Shown here: positions 19,282 to 26,820 of the stretch, piece by piece
Numbering within the stretch: the stretch's first letter is position 1
How the letters are laid out: every line of letters starts with the position of its first letter
Assembly: GCA_902773095.1 (NCBI GenBank)
Contig: CACYDA010000170.1
Location: forward strand, 1 to 48,554
Length of the DNA stretch: 48,554 nt
Reading direction: 5' to 3'
Origin: an uncultured Lachnospiraceae bacterium
GTDB lineage: Bacteria; Bacillota; Clostridia; Lachnospirales; Lachnospiraceae
The notes under the pieces: model-generated
Databases searched by the model: none
What the model was told of the DNA's origin: nothing
Seen by the model: only the letters and a program-made list of their open reading frames with translations
Program-made: the position numbers and the translations under genes

Positions 19282-20487
19282 TTACAAGTCAATCTGCAAA
19301 ATAAAACTTCCATTGTTTACTCTTGCACTGACTCTGCCATTGTGTGCTTTAATAATATCCTTCACATAGGATAAACCAAGTCCTACACCCTCTTTTTCTT
19401 TTGCATTTTCTAATGTTGAAAATCTGTCGAAAACCTGATCAACGCTTCCATTCAAAAGATTGGTATCATTCATTTGTCTGATGGTCACTCTGTCATTCTT
19501 TTGATCAAGAGAGAATGTGACATTGGAAATTGCAAATTTAAGTGAATTATCAATCAGTTCGTTTAATACGTTTTTGATTGCAGCTTCATCACCATTAAGG
19601 ATAATATCCGGTTCAATCTCAAATTCAATTGCGATATTTTTATCTTTAAATTTCTTCTTGTTATAATCAATTGCATAATTGAAGAGGTTGGAAAGATTGA
19701 CTTCAGATACTGTCATATTCTTTTCATTGAAAATGGATAATGATCCTAAGTTTTTCACAAGCTTCGTCATCTTTTTAACCTGCCTGTTAATCGATTTCGT
19801 ATATTCAGACGGACCGTTTTCTTTTTCTATAATTTCTGTATTGGCGTTAATGATGGTTAACGGCATTTTAAAATCATTCTCAACATTTGCTATGAATTTC
19901 TTCTGCTTTCTGTCAGCTTCTTCTAATGGTTTGAAAAGTTTTTTGCCAACCATTCTAAGCAGAATAAAACTAAGAATCAGAACAATCAGCTCACCACATG
20001 CTGAAATGATGAGGATTCTGTATGCAGAAAGCAGTTCCCGTCCCTGGTCAATTACAGTAACATATATTTTGCCATCATGTTTGTAAACCCGGTACCGGTA
20101 TGTCATCTTTGTCCATCCTGTCGACTCATTCTTAAGTTCTTTTGCCCACTTGATTGCTTCCTTCTCGCTTACCGCTGAAATCTGGTATTCAACAAGCTTT
20201 TCTTTCCCATCTTCTTTGTTAAAAGAAACTGTGAAATATCTTATGGAAGAATGCATTTCGGGTGAATCAGGTCCCATAGGCCCTCTCCGTGTGGAAGATT
20301 CCACCGTCTCTTTTGGATTATTCTTTTTCAATACACCATGTGCATCTGCGATTCTCTGGGTAATCTGATCTGCATCCTCGCTTGCCATTGTAAAATTGAT
20401 TCCATTAATGACAGCCAATAATACCGAAATCAACACAAATATCGCAATCATGGCATATAATACAAATTTTTTTCTTACTTTATTCAT
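19282..20487 (-). CDS. Membrane histidine-kinase-like protein lacking the phospho-acceptor His (pseudokinase)
   Basis: 2 TM + HisKA + HATPase_c (ELIDNSLKF, VFDRF, GVGLGLS, AHNG); H-box reads ANVENDFKMPLT versus ANVSHDLRTPLT in the neighbouring kinase. Confidence 0.85.
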   Translation of the reverse strand: MNKVRKKFVLYAMIAIFVLISVLLAVINGINFTMASEDADQITQRIADAHGVLKKNNPKETVESSTRRGPMGPDSPEMHSSIRYFTVSFNKEDGKEKLVEYQISAVSEKEAIKWAKELKNESTGWTKMTYRYRVYKHDGKIYVTVIDQGRELLSAYRILIISACGELIVLILSFILLRMVGKKLFKPLEEADRKQKKFIANVENDFKMPLTIINANTEIIEKENGPSEYTKSINRQVKKMTKLVKNLGSLSIFNEKNMTVSEVNLSNLFNYAIDYNKKKFKDKNIAIEFEIEPDIILNGDEAAIKNVLNELIDNSLKFAISNVTFSLDQKNDRVTIRQMNDTNLLNGSVDQVFDRFSTLENAKEKEGVGLGLSYVKDIIKAHNGRVSARVNNGSFILQIDL

Positions 20488-21079
20488 TTTCTGTCACCAG
20501 CCTATATCCTTCATTCATCACATACCGGATATGAAGTTTTTTATTTATTTTTTTGAATTTATTATTCAGAGAATTGATATATGTTCCTGCCTTTTTTTCG
20601 TTAAAGTTTTGTTGTTCAACCAGAGAACTTAAAATATCAATCTCTTCATTTGTCATGCGCAACTGTCCACACAGCCTGAAATCAGACACTTTTATTTCAA
20701 CATCACTAAGCTTAAGCAATTTATTTGATGCTGCCTTGTCTCTCACTTTATTCATCAATTCTGTCAACTCATATGGTAAAAAAGGAAAGCTTAAATAAGA
20801 ATTAGCGAGTGTCTCAGCCAGTAGTGTTTTTGAATTGATTTTTTCACCTGTTAATACAATTACAGGAATGTTTCCCTCATTCAGATGCTTGATAATCTCA
20901 GTGCATTTTACTCTTGGAATATTGTCATTAAGTATCACCATATCAAAATGATGATTGGCAATCATTTTGACGACCTGCGCTCCATCAAATGCTGTACTGA
21001 CCTCATGACCATCAAATTCAATAATTTTCTTAAAACACATCAGCATATCCCTATTTGCATCTGCAAGCAGAACTTCCAT
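20480..21079 (-). CDS. Degenerate OmpR-family response regulator (pseudo-receiver, shortened winged helix)
   Basis: LLADAN, DMVILNDNIP and YLSFPF in place of VVDDE, DLIILDIMMP and YVVKPF; C-terminal GYRL wing. Start moved to ATG 21079 (SD AAGGA). Confidence 0.8.
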   Translation of the reverse strand: MEVLLADANRDMLMCFKKIIEFDGHEVSTAFDGAQVVKMIANHHFDMVILNDNIPRVKCTEIIKHLNEGNIPVIVLTGEKINSKTLLAETLANSYLSFPFLPYELTELMNKVRDKAASNKLLKLSDVEIKVSDFRLCGQLRMTNEEIDILSSLVEQQNFNEKKAGTYINSLNNKFKKINKKLHIRYVMNEGYRLVTENE

Positions 21080-21118
21080 AACTTTCACATCCTTTCTACC
21101 AGACATTGCATCTTTTCT

Positions 21119-21147
21119 ACTATAACATCTAATCTTTTTACCATCAA
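21119..21147 (-). promoter_or_regulatory. Internal sigma-A promoter upstream of the pseudo-RR
   Basis: TTGATG (21147-21142), 17-nt spacer, TGn-TATAGT (21124-21119). Confidence 0.55.
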
Positions 21148-21160
21148 TCATTTTTTTATT

Positions 21161-22822
21161 TTAGAGAGGAACTTCATTTTCTTTTTTCAATTCAAACCAA
21201 AATGTACTTCCTTTTCCCACTTCACTAATGACACCATATTTGGCATTATGCATCACTAGGATGTTTTTGACAATAGATAGTCCTAATCCGGTTCCCACGA
21301 TTGCTCTTTTATGATTTTTATCGATTTTGTAATATCGTTCCCAGACACTGTCCAGTTTTTCTTTTTCAATTCCCTGTCCGTTGTCCTTCACTTCGATTCT
21401 TACACTATCATTTTGATTCAACTGGGTTACCTTAATGTATTTGTCTTCCCCTGCATAATTCACTGCATTTGCGATCAGATTGTAAATCACCTGATATATT
21501 TTAAATTCATCCGCTTCAACAATGATATTCTCATGATATTCAAAATCAATTGTATATCCATAAGGTTCCAAAAGTTTTGAGTGCCTTTCTATAATTGCCT
21601 TGATGCTTTCCGTGATATCATATTCTTTTGTTTCAAGTCTCGCTACTCCTGCCTGTATTTTCGAAATATCTAACAAGTCATTGACCAGATTTGTCAGTCG
21701 GTTTGCTTCATCTATGATTACCTGTACATTCTCGGGAGTATTCTCTCCCGGTAAATCTCTCATTACCTCTGAATAAGCAGTAATCATCGTAAGAGGGGTT
21801 CTTAAATCATGCGAGACATTTGCCAACAGTTCCTTTTGTAAAAGATCGGTCTTTGATAGTTCTTTTGCTGCGTAGTTTAATGTCTCAGATAATTCAGCAA
21901 TTTCTTTATAGTCCTTACCATCAAATTCTACTTCAAAATTTCCTTTTCCAAATTCTTTTGCAGTTGTATTGATTTTAATGATGGATTTTGATACCCTTTT
22001 TGAGATGATAAAAGCAATCATCAGTGACAGTACTACCATAATAATACTGATATATACCAGCTGGATTCTCAATGTATGCACTGTCGCATCTATTGGTGTG
22101 ATCACAGAATCAATCATAACTGCATATGTCTCACCGGCAGATACAGGAACCATTTTAATTTTGATAATACTTTCTACATTGTTTGGCATATTAGGAAGTT
22201 TTTCATACTTTTCCGATTCTTTGACTTTTTCGGGTTCCTTTTTCGTTCCGGCGCTTCCCGGATTCTCCATGCTGCCAGAGGAAGAAGCCGCATCCGTATT
22301 ATCTGTCTTTTTTGTAGGAGGCTCACCCCCCGGTTTTTCCGACTTTTTTGACGGTGGTTCTTCATTTTGATTTCCCGCTTCAGGTTGAGATGGCTGTCCG
22401 GATGACTCAGATGACTGTCCGGATGATTCAGACGGTTTCCCTCTGTGATTACTGATTTCCATCTCACCGCCTCTGTCTTCCGTCTTTTCATATATTTCTA
22501 AAAGATGCTGGGTGCTGTATTTATGAATAGAACAGTTATTGGCATTTCCTGCCGAATAAACCTTTTTTCCTTCTTCATCTGTCACTAATATGCAGATATC
22601 ATATCGTTCTGCGATCATATTAATTGCTTCCTGTGCATCAGTATTATTGATTACTTCCAACACATTTTCCATGGCATTGTCAATTTCTTTTTTCTTGATA
22701 TTCTTATAGAATTTATCAAGGTAAACCGTCTGAAAAAACCAAAGCAGACAAAGAAGAATCGCACAAAAGCTCAGCATATAGATGAAAACTTTCCACTTGA
22801 TACTAATCTTTTCATGTTTCAA
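21161..22822 (-). CDS. HAMP-domain sensor histidine kinase
   Basis: 2 TM, HAMP, NVSHDLRTPL, NLIANAVNY, DNGQGI, GTGLGLSI; low-complexity insert in the extracellular region. Confidence 0.94.
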   Translation of the reverse strand: MKHEKISIKWKVFIYMLSFCAILLCLLWFFQTVYLDKFYKNIKKKEIDNAMENVLEVINNTDAQEAINMIAERYDICILVTDEEGKKVYSAGNANNCSIHKYSTQHLLEIYEKTEDRGGEMEISNHRGKPSESSGQSSESSGQPSQPEAGNQNEEPPSKKSEKPGGEPPTKKTDNTDAASSSGSMENPGSAGTKKEPEKVKESEKYEKLPNMPNNVESIIKIKMVPVSAGETYAVMIDSVITPIDATVHTLRIQLVYISIIMVVLSLMIAFIISKRVSKSIIKINTTAKEFGKGNFEVEFDGKDYKEIAELSETLNYAAKELSKTDLLQKELLANVSHDLRTPLTMITAYSEVMRDLPGENTPENVQVIIDEANRLTNLVNDLLDISKIQAGVARLETKEYDITESIKAIIERHSKLLEPYGYTIDFEYHENIIVEADEFKIYQVIYNLIANAVNYAGEDKYIKVTQLNQNDSVRIEVKDNGQGIEKEKLDSVWERYYKIDKNHKRAIVGTGLGLSIVKNILVMHNAKYGVISEVGKGSTFWFELKKENEVPL

Positions 22823-23492
22823 AACGATATCCCACTCCTCTTAATGTTACTAAAAATTTGCGATATTCTTTCAGGCTGCTTCGCAGAAGCTTGATATGTG
22901 TATCTAACGTTCTGTCGTCACCATAATAATCATATCCCCACACATCTGTAATGAGTTTTTCTCTAGTCAGTGCAATTCCTTTGTTTCGAACCATATAGAA
23001 CAATAAATCATATTCCTTCGGCGTCATGTTGGCCTTCTCTCCATTGATTGTCACCATTCTTCCCGTAAAATCGATATGTAGTCCTTCAGCATCAAATACT
23101 TCATGTTCAGACTCTTTTCCCTGGGGCGAAGTATTTCTTCTTGCTAATACAGCTTTCACTCTCATCATCAGTTCTCTAGGGGAAAACGGCTTAACCACAT
23201 AGTCATCGATTCCTAATTCAAATCCATGTATTTTGTCATATTCTTCACCTCTGGCAGAAAGCATAATAATAGGAGTATCCTTCATCTCCCTAATCTTTCT
23301 GCAGGTTGAAAAACCATCTAATTCCGGCATCATGATATCCAGAATAATCAAATCAAACTCTTTAACCTTACATATGTCAACCGCTTCTATTCCGTTTGAA
23401 ACTTCTGTGATCTGATAACCTTCAAATTCTCCATATTTTCTGATCACCGTTCTGATCTTTGCTTCATCGTCAACTACAAGTATATGGTACAT
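22812..23492 (-). CDS. OmpR/PhoB-family response regulator
   Basis: VVDDE, ILDIMMP, MLSA, KPFS, TPKEYDLL, RTLDTHIK.LR, RGVGYRF. Start moved to ATG 23492 (SD GGAGG). Confidence 0.95.
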   Translation of the reverse strand: MYHILVVDDEAKIRTVIRKYGEFEGYQITEVSNGIEAVDICKVKEFDLIILDIMMPELDGFSTCRKIREMKDTPIIMLSARGEEYDKIHGFELGIDDYVVKPFSPRELMMRVKAVLARRNTSPQGKESEHEVFDAEGLHIDFTGRMVTINGEKANMTPKEYDLLFYMVRNKGIALTREKLITDVWGYDYYGDDRTLDTHIKLLRSSLKEYRKFLVTLRGVGYRFET

Positions 23493-23556
23493 AGGCATTC
23501 CCTCCATTTCTCATGGTGTTTGTCCTGTGATAACTGATTTAATAAATTTATCAGTT

Positions 23557-23597
23557 TTATGTGATGATTATGTGACAAACAACTTACTATTATGTGT
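23557..23597 (-). promoter_or_regulatory. OmpR/PhoB-type 11-bp-period direct repeats
   Basis: TTATGTGA at 23557 and 23568, and TTATGTGT at 23590 (offsets of 11 and 22), upstream of a possible TGn-TAAATT -10. Confidence 0.55.
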
Positions 23598-23693
23598 TTT
23601 TGTATTCATATCAACTCATTATGATTTACTGATATCCTGCAATGCTGTTTAAGTTGCTATACTGATTAATTTTTTACTATTTTGTTAATTATA

Positions 23694-23722
23694 TTGAATT
23701 TTATATATAAATATTGTACAAT
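23694..23722 (+). promoter_or_regulatory. Putative sigma-A promoter for the cheY-like operon
   Basis: TTGAAT-N17-TACAAT. Confidence 0.5.
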
Positions 23723-23771
23723 ATAACCATATTTTATCTGCAATTATAATATTGAAAGGAGTTTTAGTCAA

Positions 23772-24158
23772 ATGAATATTAATGAATTAAAGGTTCTCGT
23801 ATGCGATGATTCGCTTTTAGCCCGTAAAAGGCTGAAGGACTGCATTATTTCATTTGGTTGTACACAAGTATTCGAGGCAACTGATGGTGAAGAGGCTATT
23901 GCTCAATATAATAACAACAAACCGAATCTTGTATTTATGGATATTGTAATGCCAAAAAAAGATGGTATTGAAGCATTAAAAAGCATTCTTGAAATAGATC
24001 GTGATGCTACTGTAATTATGGCATCTTCGGTTGGTACACAATCCTATTTAAAAGATGCGATCAAAGCAGGAGCCATTGATTTTATCCAAAAACCTATTGA
24101 CAATGACCGCGTGAAAGAAATTATCAATTCTTATTGTTCAAGGGAGGAGGAAGATTAA
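23772..24158 (+). CDS. Single-domain CheY-like response regulator
   Basis: VCDDS, FMDIVMP, MASS, QKP; all catalytic residues present; SD AAGGAG. Confidence 0.92.
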   Translation: MNINELKVLVCDDSLLARKRLKDCIISFGCTQVFEATDGEEAIAQYNNNKPNLVFMDIVMPKKDGIEALKSILEIDRDATVIMASSVGTQSYLKDAIKAGAIDFIQKPIDNDRVKEIINSYCSREEED

Positions 24159-24161
24159 TAA

Positions 24162-25043
24162 ATGTTTACACAGTTTTTCGGAAATTTTTTACTTTATCAA
24201 AAATTAATTACCCCTGAACAGTTACTCGAAGCAATCCGCCAAAAGCAGGAAACAAGAATGCAGCTGGGGGTATTAGCCATTAATGCCGGCTACATGACAG
24301 CAAGTCAGGTTGAACGGATTCACGAACTTCAAAGTAAGATGGATAAACGAATCGGCGATATTGCTGTTGAACTCGGGTATATTACAGAAGAACAACTCGC
24401 AGAACTTTTAAATGCACAGCCATTGGGCTATTTATTATTGGGACAGGCAATTATTGACAAAGGATTTATGACAAATTCACAGTTTGAAGCAGCCATTCGT
24501 TCTTACAAAGAAAAGTATTCTCTTTCTGATGAAGATATTTCAAATAATGAAAATTCAAAATCGGATACTCTGATTGCTTCACTTTATGATTTTTCAAAGA
24601 CATCAAATCCTTCTTTGTATAAAGGATTTGTGACGCTTTTAATGAATAATTTTGTGAGATTTGTCGGAGATGATTTTACTCCTCTTGAACCGGAATTTGA
24701 AATTCAATCCGATTCATACAAAGCTACTTCCCAAAAAATCAATGGTGAATTTAGTGTTATGACACATATTTTTGCAAAAGAAAAAGAACTGATCCAGTTT
24801 GCCTGCAGGTATTCCGGTGAAAACATCACCGAACTGGATGAATATGCGGAAGCTTCCGGACAGGATTTTATCAATCTTCACAATGGATTGTTTACCGTAA
24901 ATGCTTCAAATAATCAGCAGATTGAACTGACATTGACTCCTCCTGCACCACTTGCAGATTTAGCATCAGAAGAGGTAAATGGACATTTAATTCTACCATT
25001 TCAGTTTCCATTTGGAATTATCAGATTTGCAATTTCTATTTAA
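24162..25043 (+). CDS. MshEN-like repeat protein with a C-terminal CheX/CheC-like domain
   Basis: Four ~29-aa repeats, e.g. RIGDIAVELGYITEEQLAELLNAQ; C-terminal DEYAEASGQDFINLHNGLF resembles the CheX (E/D)xxN helix; 3 bp after cheY. Confidence 0.65.
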   Translation: MFTQFFGNFLLYQKLITPEQLLEAIRQKQETRMQLGVLAINAGYMTASQVERIHELQSKMDKRIGDIAVELGYITEEQLAELLNAQPLGYLLLGQAIIDKGFMTNSQFEAAIRSYKEKYSLSDEDISNNENSKSDTLIASLYDFSKTSNPSLYKGFVTLLMNNFVRFVGDDFTPLEPEFEIQSDSYKATSQKINGEFSVMTHIFAKEKELIQFACRYSGENITELDEYAEASGQDFINLHNGLFTVNASNNQQIELTLTPPAPLADLASEEVNGHLILPFQFPFGIIRFAISI

Positions 25044-25058
25044 CAATTGCGTGTATAC

Positions 25059-25153
25059 AATCGAGCAGGCAGGAAACTTGTTCCCTTCCTACTCGCTGTG
25101 CCGCCCCGCATCCGACACAGTCGGAACATTCCTCATGCAGGGCGTGTACATAA
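25059..25153 (-). repeat. Dispersed structured repeat, copy 1 (possible group IIC intron-derived miniature element)
   Basis: Aligns with 41226-41318 (shared AATCGAGCAGG, TTCCCTTCCTACTCGC, CCCGCATCCGAC.CAGTCGGAAC.TTCCT.ATG, GGGCGTGT); immediately 3' of the thrC terminator. Confidence 0.85.
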
Positions 25154-25157
25154 GAAT

Positions 25158-25202
25158 ATGGCTGTCGCTTCACGAATTCTCATTCGTTAAAGCGACAGCC
25201 AT
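25158..25202. terminator. Terminator hairpin between the cheX-like gene and thrC
   Basis: ATGGCTGTCGCTT / AAGCGACAGCCAT 13-bp stem between convergent genes. Confidence 0.8.
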
Positions 25203-25228
25203 TCATTTTTTATAATATTATCAATGAG

Positions 25229-26725
25229 TTATATCCCAAGAAAACGCTTTACTACATCTGGCATCTCATCCACTTCACAAACTGTATCATGTAAGACCTC
25301 TGCATTTCTGATTTCCTCTATTGCATTTGGTACTTTCACATTGCCAAGTCTGCTCAACTCATCAACCAATTCGAAATCTTCCATTGCATCATATTTAGAG
25401 TCTATTGCATTCATCACACTTCTTGTGAACTTGAACGGACTTGCTGTTGATGCAATTACTGTTTTATTCTGATCATTTGTCTCTTCTTCGTATTTTTTGA
25501 ATACAGTAGCTGCTACTGCTGTATGTGTATCAATAATATAGCCTGTCTTATCATAAATCTCTTTGATTGTTGCAGCAGTCTCACTCTCACTTGCATAATT
25601 GCCATAAAAGTCTGCAAGCTGTGCTTTCATCTCATCTGTAATCTCATATTTGCCTGTCGAATTTAAAGAAGACATCAGCTCCGTATTCTTCTTGCTATCA
25701 CTTCCTGCAATCTTGTAAATCAATCTTTCAAGATTACTTGAAATGAGAATATCCATCGACGGAGATGTTGTGAGAATAAAATCTCTGTTCTTATCATATG
25801 TACCCGTTGTAAAGAAATCAAATAATACTTTATTCTCATTAGAAGCACAAATCAGTTTATCAATTGGAAGCCCCATATTCTTTGCATAAAAAGCTGCCAA
25901 TATATTGCCAAAGTTGCCTGTTGGTACTACTACATTAATCTTGTCTCCTGCGTTAATCTCACCATTCTGAACAAGCTTTGCATACGCATAAACATAATAT
26001 ACAACCTGTGGAACAAGTCTTCCAATATTGATTGAGTTTGCAGAAGAAAACTGGAATCCGGCTTCATCCAGCTGTTTTGCAAGCTCCTGATCACCAAAAA
26101 TCGCCTTCACTCCACTCTGTGCCTGATCAAAGTTTCCTTTGATGCCAACTACAAATGTATTATCACCTTTCTGTGTAACCATCTGTTTTTCCTGAATCGG
26201 ACTGACGCCACCCTTCGGATAAAAAACAATGATTTTTGTTCCTTCAACATCTGCAAATCCCGCAAGTGCGGCTTTTCCTGTATCTCCAGAAGTAGCTGTA
26301 AGAATGACAATCTCATTCTTTACTGCATTCTTTTTTGCCGATGTCGTGAGAAGGTGAGGAAGGATTGATAATGCCATATCCTTAAATGCAATGGTTGCAC
26401 CATGGAATAATTCCAGATAATAGGCCCCTTCTGCCTTTACAAGTGGAGCAATCTGTTCAGTGTCAAATTTATCATCATAAGCTCTGTCTATACAATTCTT
26501 TAATTCTACCTCTGTAAAATCTGTGAGAAATTCTTTCATAACAGCATATGCTGTTTCTTTGTATGACATACCTGCCAATTCGTCTATCGATACCTGCAAC
26601 TTTGGTATTGATGTAGGTACAAATAATCCTCCATCACTTGCAAGTCCTTTTAAAATAGCCTGTGAAGCTGTAACTGTCTCATCACTTCTTGTGCTTTTGT
26701 ACTGTAAACTCAAAACATTCACCAT
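25229..26725 (-). CDS. thrC: Threonine synthase
   Basis: Y.STR, GLASDGGLFVP, ELFHG.T.AFKD.AL (PLP lysine), ATSGDTG, ANSINIGRL, VPTGNFGN, SPSMDI. Confidence 0.96.
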   Translation of the reverse strand: MVNVLSLQYKSTRSDETVTASQAILKGLASDGGLFVPTSIPKLQVSIDELAGMSYKETAYAVMKEFLTDFTEVELKNCIDRAYDDKFDTEQIAPLVKAEGAYYLELFHGATIAFKDMALSILPHLLTTSAKKNAVKNEIVILTATSGDTGKAALAGFADVEGTKIIVFYPKGGVSPIQEKQMVTQKGDNTFVVGIKGNFDQAQSGVKAIFGDQELAKQLDEAGFQFSSANSINIGRLVPQVVYYVYAYAKLVQNGEINAGDKINVVVPTGNFGNILAAFYAKNMGLPIDKLICASNENKVLFDFFTTGTYDKNRDFILTTSPSMDILISSNLERLIYKIAGSDSKKNTELMSSLNSTGKYEITDEMKAQLADFYGNYASESETAATIKEIYDKTGYIIDTHTAVAATVFKKYEEETNDQNKTVIASTASPFKFTRSVMNAIDSKYDAMEDFELVDELSRLGNVKVPNAIEEIRNAEVLHDTVCEVDEMPDVVKRFLGI

Positions 26726-26772
26726 GCCTTTCCTATTTTTCCAATCAATTCTGTGTCAAACGATACTTCGTG

Positions 26773-26801
26773 ATTATAGCACATGACATTTCAATTAACA
26801 A
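26773..26801 (-). promoter_or_regulatory. Putative sigma-A promoter for thrC
   Basis: TTGTTA-N17-TATAAT with TGn. Confidence 0.5.
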
Positions 26802-26820
26802 GCAAAATCAAATCTTTTTA

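Noticed and set aside
25012-25215. Plus-strand ORFs 25012-25215 and 41236-41463 share the peptide N.FPSYS..PASD.VGTFLM
   Set aside because: The similarity is just the translated DNA repeat. There is no shared start or SD, a 2-nt indel breaks the frame after FLM, and the second ORF is antisense to the T-box.
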